From Pirellulales bacterium (GTDB lineage Bacteria > Planctomycetota > Planctomycetia > Pirellulales > JAICIG01), in contig DATLUO010000045.1 in NCBI GenBank assembly GCA_035533075.1, positions 161 to 64,160 on the forward strand: a stretch of DNA of 64,000 bases, read 5' to 3'. The notes under the pieces are model-generated. The model was not told the origin of the DNA and ran no database searches. It was given only the letters and a program-made list of their open reading frames with translations. Positions within the stretch are counted from its first letter, which is position 1; every line of letters begins with the position of its first letter. A program made the position numbers and the translations under genes. Shown piece by piece: positions 1 through 9,509 of this stretch.

Positions 1-87
1 AGAGCGTCACGTCAAACTGACCACGCCGGTTTCGGCAACTCGATCTTAGGCCACTACCAAAGGCTGGTCTTCCGCATGCTGGCAACG

Positions 88-1173
88 TCATCTCGGCCGG
101 CGGCGAGAGGCGGGAGATGGTGAGCGGCAGTCGAGGCACACCACGCCGACCGACTGAGAAAGCCCCAGCTCGAACGTGGGCCGGCCACATGCCGCGCAGG
201 CCACCGCTTCCAGAGACTCGCCGAGAGGATCCCAAACGCACTCGAATTGGCCCGCTTTGCCGTCGGCGCCGCGCAGCTTGGCCTTGACGAGCAACTTCGG
301 CTGGCGCACAAGCAGCCAGTTCAACAGCCGCAACCGGACGGACAGCACGCTCTTGCGGCGCAGCTCGTCGATGCGCAAGGCGCGCTCCCGTTCGACCGCC
401 TGTTTGCGTTCGGCGAAGCGGGCCGCATCCGCGCCTCGGGCCGCGGCGCGGCGGACGCTTTCATCGAGTTCGGTCGCCAGCTCGTCGTAGTAGCGGCGCA
501 TCCGCTCGATTTGTCGCTCGACGTGCTCGCTCAGCTCACGCGACCGAGTATTGGCCAGGCCGATCAGCGTGCGGGCCACCTCGTCACGGGCCGTTTGATA
601 GGCGGCCGTCCGGCTGACGCAGGGCGCGTCGGGAAACCAGAGCGACGGCGCGTCGGCCAGCCGCGAGGCGTCGAGAAGCTGCTCGAAATGGCGCACCTGC
701 CGGCCATAGTGCAAATCGACCGCCACCGGCAGCAACTCTTCTTCCTTCTGGTCGCTGGTAAATGTGGCCTCGAACCAATAGACCGCTTGCGGAAAGTGCA
801 ACGGCCGAACGCGCTCGATCGACAGCATCGAACCGTCGGACAACGTCAGCGCCCGGCCGACCCGCGCCGCGAGCTGGTGCGGCGCCAGGTTCAGCCCCAG
901 CAAGTAAAACCGCGCGCCCTGCCCGCGGGCCACCGCATCCTCCAGCAAGCGGTTCACCAGCGGCGTGCCGAAGCTGGCGAGTTGCGCCCGCGGATGTTCG
1001 GGCAAGGCCTCCGGGTCGAAGGTGACGCGCATCACCTCTCGCTCGCCGTCGGCGTCGCCGCCGCCGCGGAGCAACAGATCGTAGACCTGCGGTTCGATCT
1101 CGTCCCACACGCCGCCGGTCACTTCGACGTAATCGCGGACGAACGATTCCAGGTTGGAGCCAGGGCCGGACAT
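88..1173 (-). CDS. hypothetical protein with an Arg/Glu-rich coiled-coil-like centre and a C-terminal CxxC...CxxC tail; partner of the SNF2 ATPase
   Basis: 361-aa ORF. Its ATG (1173) directly abuts the TAG (1176-1174) of the upstream SNF2 ORF, with GGAGG 5 nt upstream. C-terminus reads ...VACAACGRPTFE...VVCLDCRS. No family recognised. Confidence 0.6.
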   Translation of the reverse strand: MSGPGSNLESFVRDYVEVTGGVWDEIEPQVYDLLLRGGGDADGEREVMRVTFDPEALPEHPRAQLASFGTPLVNRLLEDAVARGQGARFYLLGLNLAPHQLAARVGRALTLSDGSMLSIERVRPLHFPQAVYWFEATFTSDQKEEELLPVAVDLHYGRQVRHFEQLLDASRLADAPSLWFPDAPCVSRTAAYQTARDEVARTLIGLANTRSRELSEHVERQIERMRRYYDELATELDESVRRAAARGADAARFAERKQAVERERALRIDELRRKSVLSVRLRLLNWLLVRQPKLLVKAKLRGADGKAGQFECVWDPLGESLEAVACAACGRPTFELGLSQSVGVVCLDCRSPSPASRRRPR

Positions 1174-3258
1174 CTATGCCTCCGGACTAAAGCGGTTGCC
1201 AAACAATCGGTCGTCGTGGGCGCGTTGCTCCAGGTAGGCCTGCTTGGCCGCCAACAAGCGGTCGCCCAGCGCCTCCATTCGCCGGCCAAAATCGTCGGGG
1301 TCGTCGGCCTCGGCCCATTGCCGCGCGATCAAGTCCTGGAAGTCTTCTTCTTCCTCCAGGTTGCCGAGGATCATGTCGATCTCGCCGATCACCAACTCGA
1401 ACATGCTGAGCTTGGCGTCGAGCAGGTGCAGCACGGCGGCTTCCAGCGTCTGGGCGGCCACCAGGTTGAACACGTGAACGTCGTGCTTTTGCCCAATGCG
1501 GCTGAGCCGGCCGATGCGTTGCTCGATCTTCATCGGGTTCCAAGGCAGATCGTAGTTGCACACGGCGTGGGCAAACTGCAGGTTGCGGCCTTCGCTGCCG
1601 GCCTCGGTGGTCAGCAGCAGCCGTGCCGGGCCGCGAAACCGGGCCACGGCGGCCTCTTTCTCCATCCGCGTCAGTCCGCCGTGAAACAGGGCCAGCTCGT
1701 GCCCGGCGGCCTGCAACCGCTCGGCCAGCATCTGCTGCGTGCGGCGGAACTGCGTGAAGATCACCATCTTGTCGGGAAACTCGCCGAGCAGCGCCAGCAG
1801 CCGATCGACTTTGGCGCGCGAAGGCTGCCGCCGCGCCTCGGCGGCAAGCTGTTCCAGCGGTTGCCGCACGTCGCCGGGCAGGCGGCTGTTTTCCGAAATC
1901 TTTTCCAACGTGCCGGCGGCCGCCTCGGTGCTGCTGCCCAGCGCCATCTGCAGCGTGATGAGCGCGGCGCGCGAGAGCCCGGCCGGGTTCTCGGCCGAGC
2001 GCAGCCGCCCGCGGACGAACTCGGTCACGCCGCGGTAGAGCTCCGCCTCGCCGGGCGAAAACGCCAACCGCTCGGTTTTCGCCCACCGCCGCGTGAACTG
2101 CAACCCGACCGTGCTCCGCCGATTGCGGACCATGACCTCTTTCAGCAGCTCGTGAAGCTGCTCGACGTTCTTGGGCGTGAGCTTGTCGCGGCGATCGACG
2201 AACCGCCGCTCGAACTGCTTGGCGGTGCTCAACAGGCCCGGCTCCAAGAGCGTCACCAGATTGAACAGCTCGTCGAGGTGGTTTTGCACGGGCGTGGCCG
2301 TGAGCAGCAGCATGAACTGTTTTTTCAGCGCGCTGGCGAACCGCCAAAGTTGCGTGTTGCGGTTGCGGAAGTGGTGCGCCTCGTCGACGACGATCAGGTC
2401 CCAGGAGCGGGCCAGAATGGCCGAGCGGTGCGGTTCGCGCTTGGCGGTGTGAAACGACGCGATGACGCGGTCGACCTCCGACCAGGCCGCCGCGCCGCGG
2501 GCGCGGAAGGCCTCGTCGTCGTGGGTAACGAAGTCGAGCGAGAACTTGCGGCGCAGCTCGCCCTGCCATTGTTCGATGAGCGACGGCGGCACGAGCACCA
2601 GCACCGAGCGGGCCAAGCCGCGCAGCGCCAGTTCGGAGAGCACCAGGCCGGCTTCGACCGTCTTGCCCAGGCCCACCTCGTCGCACAGCATGGCCCGGCC
2701 GCGCATTCGCCGCAACACCGTCTTGGCGGTGCGCAACTGATGTTCGAGCAACTCCATGTCGCGCACCAGCGGCAACGACAGGAGCTGGTCGAACCCCCCG
2801 TGCGTGGCCAGTCGGGCGGCCCGCAGAGCCAGCTCGAATTCGGCCAAATTCGCCCGCTGCCCGGCGGCTTCGCCCAGCAGCGAACGATCGTGTTCGACGT
2901 CGAACAGAATCCGGCAGCCCGATTCGGTCGTCCGCTCGCACGCTTCGAGTTCCGCGAGCGGCTCGCCCACGATTCGACAGGACCGCGGGCCGATACACTG
3001 CAGCCAGACGACCGCCGCGCCGGCCGTCGGGCCGCGGCCGCTGCGCAGCACCAACTCGCCCGTCGCGCGATCGATGACGAACCCGACCGGCTTTTCTTCT
3101 TCATCGCACAGCGACTCCAGCGAGGCCGGTCCTGAGAGAAGGGGTTCGGGCAGCAGCAATCGCCCCTCTTGGCTTGACCATTCCAGCGCGAACCGATCGC
3201 CCGGTTGGCAGGCCGACTCATCGGCGGCGACCAGCGGCGGAAACGACGCTTGAGCCAA
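1174..3258 (-). CDS. SNF2/RAD54-family ATPase-helicase
   Basis: 694-aa ORF with SNF2 motifs DEVGLGKT (I), DEAHHFRN (II), LLLTATPVQN (III), TEAGSEGRNLQ and YDLPWNPMKIEQRIGRLSRIGQ (V/VI). About 190 aa of N-terminal extension has no recognisable motif. Confidence 0.9.
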   Translation of the reverse strand: MAQASFPPLVAADESACQPGDRFALEWSSQEGRLLLPEPLLSGPASLESLCDEEEKPVGFVIDRATGELVLRSGRGPTAGAAVVWLQCIGPRSCRIVGEPLAELEACERTTESGCRILFDVEHDRSLLGEAAGQRANLAEFELALRAARLATHGGFDQLLSLPLVRDMELLEHQLRTAKTVLRRMRGRAMLCDEVGLGKTVEAGLVLSELALRGLARSVLVLVPPSLIEQWQGELRRKFSLDFVTHDDEAFRARGAAAWSEVDRVIASFHTAKREPHRSAILARSWDLIVVDEAHHFRNRNTQLWRFASALKKQFMLLLTATPVQNHLDELFNLVTLLEPGLLSTAKQFERRFVDRRDKLTPKNVEQLHELLKEVMVRNRRSTVGLQFTRRWAKTERLAFSPGEAELYRGVTEFVRGRLRSAENPAGLSRAALITLQMALGSSTEAAAGTLEKISENSRLPGDVRQPLEQLAAEARRQPSRAKVDRLLALLGEFPDKMVIFTQFRRTQQMLAERLQAAGHELALFHGGLTRMEKEAAVARFRGPARLLLTTEAGSEGRNLQFAHAVCNYDLPWNPMKIEQRIGRLSRIGQKHDVHVFNLVAAQTLEAAVLHLLDAKLSMFELVIGEIDMILGNLEEEEDFQDLIARQWAEADDPDDFGRRMEALGDRLLAAKQAYLEQRAHDDRLFGNRFSPEA

Positions 3259-3404
3259 ACGGCACCTTCCTTGGCGGGAACTAAATCTCGACGCGCATGC
3301 GTCACTTTAACACTTCGACCGCGCGGGCGGCAAGGGGGACCGTGGCCGTCAGTTGACCCGGTGTTGCTGGAGCCGGCCGTCTTGGAGCTGTATGACTATG
3401 TGCT

Positions 3405-3626
3405 ATGAACGATGATTGGAGATCGCGGATTACGGTTGAGCCGGGCAAGCGGAGCGGCCAGCCTTGCATTCGCGGAATGCGGATCACGGTGCAGGACGTG
3501 CTGGAATATCTGGCGGGAGGCATGACTCCTGACCAAGTCCTGGCCGACTTTCTTGAACTGACGGCCGAGGATTTGCAAGCCTGCCTGGCCTTCGCGGCCG
3601 ACCGTGAGCGGCGGTTGCGTGTATGA
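3405..3626 (+). CDS. DUF433-like small protein (antitoxin-like)
   Basis: 73-aa ORF. RITVEPGKRSGQPCIRGMRITVQDVLEYLAGGMTPDQVLADF matches the DUF433 pattern as I recall it. Its stop overlaps the next ATG (ATGA). Confidence 0.7.
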   Translation: MNDDWRSRITVEPGKRSGQPCIRGMRITVQDVLEYLAGGMTPDQVLADFLELTAEDLQACLAFAADRERRLRV

Positions 3627-3664
3627 GCCTGCTGTTCGACCAGAACTTATCCCGCCGATTATGA
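3623..3664 (+). pseudogene. truncated DUF5615-like (PIN/Mut7-C-like) partner; only 13 codons remain
   Basis: ATG at 3623 overlaps the DUF433 stop (ATGA). MSLLFDQNLSRRL then TGA. MxLLxDxNLS is the usual DUF5615 N-terminus, and full-length members are about 110 aa. Confidence 0.4.
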
Positions 3665-3880
3665 CGGGAATTCTCTGTTCGAGTTGGGGCGGCCATGGGA
3701 ATGGGAAAACGAGCGGTGCCGATTGTCGCCTAGGACATGCGGACTTCCGATTTGCCCTTCCCGTTGCGCGCCCGTTTCGCGCTGCTCAAAGAGTCGCGCG
3801 ACGAAACCGCCAAGAAACTGCTCGCGGAGAGGCAGCCCGAGGGTGCCAGCCGATAGCGGCCCGTTGAAGCCGTTTGCCTC

Positions 3881-3908
3881 GGCCGGCGCGGCCGGCCGCT
3901 TTTTATTT
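3881..3908 (+). terminator. intrinsic terminator downstream of the DUF433 unit
   Basis: GGCCGGC-GCG-GCCGGCC stem-loop followed by GCTTTTTATTT. Confidence 0.55.
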
Positions 3909-3940
3909 GACTGAGGGGCAGACCGCGCATCGCAAGCTGC

Positions 3941-5164
3941 CTACCCGATCACTTGAAACTCCACGCTATGGACGCCGTTCCAGGCGTAGCCGGCGGGGTT
4001 CCAACCGACCGCGCCGTCGAGCGGCTGCGTGCGACCCAAGGCATCGACGGCGCGCGCCAGCAGACGCTGTTTGCCCTTCTTCAACGTCAGCGTTGCCGTC
4101 CAGGGATACCAGGCATAGGGACTTTCGGGACGCTCGATCTGTGCGCGGCGCCAACTGCGGCCATCGTCGAGCGAAAGCTCCACGGCGTCGATCTTCACCT
4201 CGCCGTCGTTGAACGCCACGCCGCGCACCGCGACGTCGCCCGCCGCGACCGACTCGCCGTCGAGCGGCGAAAAGATCGTGCTTTTGATCCGCATCCGCCA
4301 GTTGGCGTCGCTGTTGTCGAAATCATAGTTGAAGTTGCTGCCCGGCTCGATCGGCGTGCGCGGAGTGCGGTAGCGGCGTCGCTGGTGATGGTTGTAGGTC
4401 TCGCGCGTCTCCAACCGCAAGCGGCTGAGCCATTTGACGTGCATCGTGCCATAGTAGCCCGGCGTGACGAGCCGCACCGGCCCACCGTGCGCGGCGGGAA
4501 TCGGCTCGCCGTTCAGCGTCAGCGCCACGATCGACCGCGAAAGGGCGTCGTCGAGCGGAAGACTATGCTCGAAGTCGGCGTCCGCGGGCTTGGGCGGCCC
4601 CTCCTTTCCCTCGGCGGTCAGGTAATGCGCGTCGGGCGCCAGGCCGAGTTCGAGCGAATCGAACAGCCCCTTCAGCCGCACGCCGCCAAAGCGAACGTTC
4701 GCCACAGCTCCCTCGCTCCAGGGCGAGCCTTTGACCGCCGCGGCACGGGCGAAGTTGGCCCTGCCGTTGCCCGAACATTGCAACACCATCTCCACTTCGA
4801 TCTGCTCCATGTCGCGCAATTTGTCGAGCGTCACGGTGCGCGGGTTCTCGACCAGCCCCGCGATCTCGAACTGCCAATCGGCATCGTCGAGAGGTTTCAG
4901 CGTCCGCGTGCCGGGCAACTCCTGATTGTCGCGAACGAACAGAATGTTCTTGGGCGTCAGCCTGTGCTCGCGCAGCAGCGAGAGCGGCGTTTCGATCTCC
5001 AGTGTCTTGGTGTTGTGTACCATCAGCCGCGCGTCTTTGCCGGCGATCAGCTTCGCCGCGTCGGTTTCAGCGGCCCACAAGCCGGTTGGCCACTCGGCCA
5101 GCGCGGCGGCGCTCCCCAATGCCGTGGTCTCCAAGAATCGGCGTCGCGAAAGATGACCCTTCAT
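3941..5164 (-). CDS. sulfite-oxidase-family molybdopterin oxidoreductase (periplasmic, TAT signal)
   Basis: 407-aa ORF. SRRRFLETTALGSAAA twin-arginine signal and a LQCSGNGR Mo-cofactor Cys region. Length and C-terminal dimerisation-like part fit SorA/YedY-related enzymes. Confidence 0.8.
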   Translation of the reverse strand: MKGHLSRRRFLETTALGSAAALAEWPTGLWAAETDAAKLIAGKDARLMVHNTKTLEIETPLSLLREHRLTPKNILFVRDNQELPGTRTLKPLDDADWQFEIAGLVENPRTVTLDKLRDMEQIEVEMVLQCSGNGRANFARAAAVKGSPWSEGAVANVRFGGVRLKGLFDSLELGLAPDAHYLTAEGKEGPPKPADADFEHSLPLDDALSRSIVALTLNGEPIPAAHGGPVRLVTPGYYGTMHVKWLSRLRLETRETYNHHQRRRYRTPRTPIEPGSNFNYDFDNSDANWRMRIKSTIFSPLDGESVAAGDVAVRGVAFNDGEVKIDAVELSLDDGRSWRRAQIERPESPYAWYPWTATLTLKKGKQRLLARAVDALGRTQPLDGAVGWNPAGYAWNGVHSVEFQVIG

Positions 5165-5179
5165 ATCCGGCTCCTTGTC

Positions 5180-6559
5180 TTACGCCAGGATCGGCTTCAG
5201 CACCGTGCCGGAGACGTCGGTCAGGCGGAAGTCACGGCCGGCATAGCGATAGGTGAGCCGCTCGTGGTCGATGCCCAGCAGGTGCAGGATGGTGGCATGA
5301 TAGTCGTATACGTGGCAGGCGTCGGCGGCGATTTCGATGCCATACTCGTCGGTTTCGCCGTAGCTGATGCCGCCCTTGACGCCCGCCCCGGCCAACAGGC
5401 AGGTGAAGGCCCGGTGCCAGTGATTGCGGCCCTTGCCGTTGTCGGACCACGGCGTGCGGCCGAACTCCGTGCAAACGGCCACCAGCGTTTGATCGAGAAG
5501 GCCGCGCAGCCGCAGGTCGCGCAGCAAAGCGGCCAGCGGCCGATCGACCCGCTGGGCTTTGCCGCGATGTTGCTGTACGTCGCCGTGCGCGTCCCAGTTG
5601 TCGTGCGAGCCGGTGTCGATCAGCTCGACGACGCGTACGCCGCGTTCAATCAGCCGCCGGGCCAACAGGCATTGGGCCGCAAACGACCGGTTGTCGCCGG
5701 GCGATGCGCCGAACGCGGCCAGCGTGCCCGCCGTCTCGCGCGCCAGGTCGAAGGCTTCGGGCGCCTCGCGCATCATGCCGCGGGCCACGTCGAAGCTGTT
5801 CATGCGTGCCCGCAGGTTCAGGTCGCCCGGCCGGCCGGCGGCGTGGGCTTCGTTGACGTCGCGGAGCATCCTCTGCTCCAGCTCGGCCAGCGAGGCGTTG
5901 CGGGCCGGCGAGCGCAGGTCCGGAATCGGCTCGTCGCCGGGCACGATCCGCACGCCTTGATGGTAAGGCGGCAGAAAGTTGTTGTCCCACACTTGGGCGC
6001 CGGCATAGGGCAGATGCTCGGCCAGCACAAGATACGACGGCAGGTTGGCGTTGAACGTGCCCAGGCCGTAGCTGAGCCAGGCCCCGATGCTCGGCAGGGG
6101 CACGGTGGCCGAGCCGGTGTGCATGGCCAGCGTGGCCTGGAAGTGCTCGACGATGTCGGTGTGCAGCGAACGGATGACGCACAACTCGTCGGCGACTCCC
6201 GCAAGCTGCGGAAACAGCTCGCTCACGGCGAGTCCGCTTTGGCCGCAGCGCGTGAAGCGGAACGGCGAGCCCAGCAGCGGCTGTCGGACGGCCCCGCGCA
6301 GCTCGTTGCCGCCGACCGTGCGGCCCTGGTCGGTTGCCAGCTTGGGTTTGGGATCGAAAGTATCGACGTGCGAAAAGCCGCCCGTCAGGAACACGAAGAT
6401 CAACTGCCGCGCTTTCGGTTGGAAGTGTGCCGGGCGCGGCGCCAGCGGATGGCCGCCGTGGGCCTGCGCCGCCCAGGCCAATTGTTCGCGCAAGGCCAGC
6501 GCGGCGCCGGCGGCGCAACTGCCGAGAAAGGTTCTGCGATGGAAGGACGGGCGGGCCAT
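5180..6559 (-). CDS. DUF1501 domain protein (sulfatase-like fold, TAT signal)
   Basis: Start moved to MARPSFHRRTFLGSCAAG (ATG 6559). FVFLTGGFSHVDTFDPKP, DTGSHDNWDAHG and EFGRTP...GRNHW motifs are typical of DUF1501. Confidence 0.85.
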   Translation of the reverse strand: MARPSFHRRTFLGSCAAGAALALREQLAWAAQAHGGHPLAPRPAHFQPKARQLIFVFLTGGFSHVDTFDPKPKLATDQGRTVGGNELRGAVRQPLLGSPFRFTRCGQSGLAVSELFPQLAGVADELCVIRSLHTDIVEHFQATLAMHTGSATVPLPSIGAWLSYGLGTFNANLPSYLVLAEHLPYAGAQVWDNNFLPPYHQGVRIVPGDEPIPDLRSPARNASLAELEQRMLRDVNEAHAAGRPGDLNLRARMNSFDVARGMMREAPEAFDLARETAGTLAAFGASPGDNRSFAAQCLLARRLIERGVRVVELIDTGSHDNWDAHGDVQQHRGKAQRVDRPLAALLRDLRLRGLLDQTLVAVCTEFGRTPWSDNGKGRNHWHRAFTCLLAGAGVKGGISYGETDEYGIEIAADACHVYDYHATILHLLGIDHERLTYRYAGRDFRLTDVSGTVLKPILA

Positions 6560-6716
6560 AGTGCGGTTCCTGCCGCCATTGTGCGCGATCGGGTTGGATC
6601 TGGGCAAGATACGCGCGGCCATGCTAATGCTGGCCGCCGCAAAGTCAAACCGCGAAAACCGCAGTCGCCCGCCGGTTTGAGCGTTGGCCCCACCTTACGC
6701 GCGCGCCGGTCCGATG

Positions 6717-7916
6717 CTAGGCGCCGTATTTGCCGAGCCGGCCGGCGTTGGCGAGCGCCAGCGGCATCAAGTATTTGGCTTCGAACTGGCCCAGCCCGCC
6801 ATGTACGGCCTCGCGCTCGCAGAACGACTGACAATCGTCGCTGCGGCAGCATGCGGAGTAGAGCAGGGTCGGCACGGGATGCCAGCTATGGCTTTTCAAC
6901 AAGCTGGGCGTGCTGTGGTCGCCGGTGACGATCAGCACCGTGGGATTCAAGGCGGTCACGCGCGGAACGACGGCATCCAACTCCTCGATCCGCTTCACTT
7001 TGTTCTGGAACGCGCCGTCTTCACCGGTGCTGTCGGTATATTTGAAGTGCAGAAAGAAGAAATCGAACTTGCTCCAGTTCTCGCTCAGCACGTCGATTTG
7101 CTGGTCCAACGTCTGAGCGCTGCCGACGATCTGCATGCCCACCAGACGGGCCAGCCCCTTGTACATTGGGTAGACGGCAATCGCCGCCGCCCGCAGTCCA
7201 TAAACTTCTTCGTAGCTCGGAAGGTCGGGCTTGGCGGCGAAGCCACGCAGCGTCAGTCCGTTGGCCTTGGTCTGCCTGGCGAGAAGTTGCGTCGCCCGGC
7301 GGATAAACTCGCCGGCCACGTCGGCCGTCTTGGTACTGGCTGCATCGGCCGCTACAGGATCGAGCGGTGGCACGCCGGTCTTCTGCGGATCGGTATCGTG
7401 TACGTGGCCGCCCAGTCCCTCGCCGCGGAAGACCACCACGAAACGATGCTCCTTGACCGGCCTGACGAACACTTCGACGCCGGGAATCTTCACCGTCGCC
7501 AGCACGTCGGCCAAGGGGGCGCTCTCTTCGCTGGCGATGCGCCCCGCCCGGCGGTCGCTGATGTTGCCCCGCGCATCGAGCGCGCAATAGTTGCCGCGCA
7601 CGGCAACGTCGTTGGGGCCAAGCTCGAAACCGATGCCCGTCGCCTCCAGCGCGCCGCGGCCGATCACGTATTTCAGCGGATCGTAGCCGAACAGGCCGAG
7701 ATGGCCGGGACCGCTGCCGGGCGTGATGCCGGGCAACACCGGAATGCTTGCGCCCAACACGCCTTTTTTGGCCAGGGCGTCGAGATGGGGCGTGTGTGCC
7801 GTCTCCAGCTCGGTTTTTCCGCCCGGCTCCAGCGGCAATCCGCCCAGTCCGTCGGCCACCAGCATGACGATTTTAGAGTCGTTCTTAACGAAGAGTTCGC
7901 GCGTAAGTTCGTGCAT
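6717..7916 (-). CDS. apgM: cofactor-independent phosphoglycerate mutase, archaeal-type
   Basis: Start moved to MHELTRELF (ATG 7916). KIVMLVADGLGGLP, TPHLDALAKKG, PGSGPGHLGLFGYDP and VTGDHSTPS are ApgM-type metalloenzyme motifs. Confidence 0.85.
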   Translation of the reverse strand: MHELTRELFVKNDSKIVMLVADGLGGLPLEPGGKTELETAHTPHLDALAKKGVLGASIPVLPGITPGSGPGHLGLFGYDPLKYVIGRGALEATGIGFELGPNDVAVRGNYCALDARGNISDRRAGRIASEESAPLADVLATVKIPGVEVFVRPVKEHRFVVVFRGEGLGGHVHDTDPQKTGVPPLDPVAADAASTKTADVAGEFIRRATQLLARQTKANGLTLRGFAAKPDLPSYEEVYGLRAAAIAVYPMYKGLARLVGMQIVGSAQTLDQQIDVLSENWSKFDFFFLHFKYTDSTGEDGAFQNKVKRIEELDAVVPRVTALNPTVLIVTGDHSTPSLLKSHSWHPVPTLLYSACCRSDDCQSFCEREAVHGGLGQFEAKYLMPLALANAGRLGKYGA

Positions 7917-7947
7917 CGAGTTGCTTCCAATTCCAACGAAACTAAAC

Positions 7948-7973
7948 CACAAAGCACACAAAGAGCACAAAGC
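7948..7973. repeat. CACAAAG heptamer run in the apgM leader
   Basis: cacaaagcacacaaagagcacaaagc lies 32 nt upstream of the apgM ATG (on the minus strand it reads GCTTTGTG...). Confidence 0.5.
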
Positions 7974-8022
7974 CCCGGCTACGCCTATTCGTACCAAATT
8001 GCCGGGCCGGCACAATGACTCA

Positions 8023-8982
8023 TCAGTATTGCCGCGGCCGGTGCAATGCCTGACCGGCGGAGTTGACGGGCGGCGGCGAGCGCGGGTCGATCATCCGCAG
8101 GTTCGGATCGGCCAGGTTGAGCGGCTGCGCGTCGGGATAGCTGGGCAAGGTCCAAAGCTGCGACTGGTTGGCGGGCAACTGGTTCAGCCGCACATTCTTC
8201 AGATCGAGCCGCATCGAGAATTGCGGGGCGGTGTCGGTGGCCGGCGTCTGAATTTCGATGCGGGCGGGCAAAGCGGCCCCCGTGTTCGGATCGCGACCGT
8301 GATTGCTGGCCAGCGCGCTGGCGATCAGCCGGCGCTGGCTGTCGTAGAGGTGCTGGCCCACGATCCAGCCCTGCGACTCGTCGACCTCCGTGACCTTGGT
8401 CATGCGGCCGTGAACCGAATCGACGGCCGTCTCGAACCGCAACCGCCCTTGCCCGCTGTTGACCGGCCCGGCATGCTGGGCCGCGGGGTCGATCGTCACG
8501 ATGCCCAGCGCCTCGATGACCCACGTCGGCTCGACCGGCAACAGATTGCGGGCCAGGCTCGTCTCGAACTGGTCGTGCCGGCAATAAAACACGGCCGGCT
8601 GCGGGTGGCGTTTGATCCAGAACCAGAACACGTCGTCGTTGCTGCCCAGGTCCGCCTCGGGACCGGTCAGGGCGGTCTCGCCCAGCAGGCGGAAGCGGCG
8701 CGGGCGATCGAGATACAAATGTGCCCGCAGCGACGGCATGAACGGAACGCTGATGGAGGCGTCGTCGGTGGCCAGCGATTGAATCTTGCCGCTGTTGGTG
8801 TTGATGGTGTTGATCACGTCGAACATCGTGGCCGAGGGCGGCAACACCCGCGGCTGACTGACGGTGTAGGTGTTGACGAACTGCGGGCAAGCCGCACCGC
8901 TGGCCGAAAACAACACGACCAACAGCGGCAAGGCCCATCGCGAAAAGCGTATCACGTCGGCTCCTTCACACACATTCCGCAT
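8023..8982 (-). CDS. hypothetical lipoprotein
   Basis: 319-aa ORF. N-terminal hydrophobic signal ending in the lipobox-like FSASGAAC. No family recognised with confidence. Confidence 0.6.
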   Translation of the reverse strand: MRNVCEGADVIRFSRWALPLLVVLFSASGAACPQFVNTYTVSQPRVLPPSATMFDVINTINTNSGKIQSLATDDASISVPFMPSLRAHLYLDRPRRFRLLGETALTGPEADLGSNDDVFWFWIKRHPQPAVFYCRHDQFETSLARNLLPVEPTWVIEALGIVTIDPAAQHAGPVNSGQGRLRFETAVDSVHGRMTKVTEVDESQGWIVGQHLYDSQRRLIASALASNHGRDPNTGAALPARIEIQTPATDTAPQFSMRLDLKNVRLNQLPANQSQLWTLPSYPDAQPLNLADPNLRMIDPRSPPPVNSAGQALHRPRQY

Positions 8983-9451
8983 AGAGGAGCTTCATGAGCT
9001 CCGTCTGAATCTCATCGGTGCGTGGTTCGTCGGGCATGGCCACCACGGCGCGGTGCGTACTCTCGTCGCGAGGCGAATAGAGTACGAGCACCTCGTGCCC
9101 CGATTCGTCGCGTTCGACGTCCTCTTGCCGCAACACCCGGCGGCGGACCAGCAGCAACGCCAGCACATACCGCATGTCGGCCTTTTCGGGCACATGGTCC
9201 AACTCGGCGAACAACTGCAACAACACCTCATTCGGCGCAAGCTGTCCCTTTTTCGCTTCGCGCGTCGGCATCCGCGACTTCCACCAGGCCAGGGCCGCTT
9301 CCGGCGGGCCGCTCCAGGCTTCGGCCGCGTAGTCGCAGCGATGCACGTCGCGCTTTTCAGACAGCAGCACCGAATAAAACTCCTCGCCCTCCTTCAGTTC
9401 CCGGCCGCTGGCGGCACAGTGCCGGGTGCAACGCTCGACTTCGTAATCCAT
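8966..9451 (-). CDS. hypothetical cytoplasmic protein
   Basis: This is the C-terminal 161 codons of the 515-aa track ORF, starting at MDYEVERCTRHC (ATG 9451). That part has a protein-like composition; the upstream 354 aa are Arg/Pro/Ala shadow sequence. Confidence 0.55.
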   Translation of the reverse strand: MDYEVERCTRHCAASGRELKEGEEFYSVLLSEKRDVHRCDYAAEAWSGPPEAALAWWKSRMPTREAKKGQLAPNEVLLQLFAELDHVPEKADMRYVLALLLVRRRVLRQEDVERDESGHEVLVLYSPRDESTHRAVVAMPDEPRTDEIQTELMKLLYAECV

Positions 9452-9509
9452 CGTCTTTATCTGTTGGGACCGCGGCGCGGGGGCAAGGTAGCGAAAAACG
9501 CCGATTGGC

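Noticed and set aside
247-3135. 962-aa plus-strand ORF opposite the SNF2 genes
   Set aside because: The translation is Arg/Ala/Gly/Pro/Leu-rich and low-complexity with no motifs. The opposite strand carries unmistakable SNF2 motifs. It is a typical high-GC shadow ORF.
3953-6928. 991-aa plus-strand ORF
   Set aside because: It is antisense to the sulfite-oxidase-like and DUF1501 genes, which have clear family motifs and TAT signals. The composition is shadow-like.
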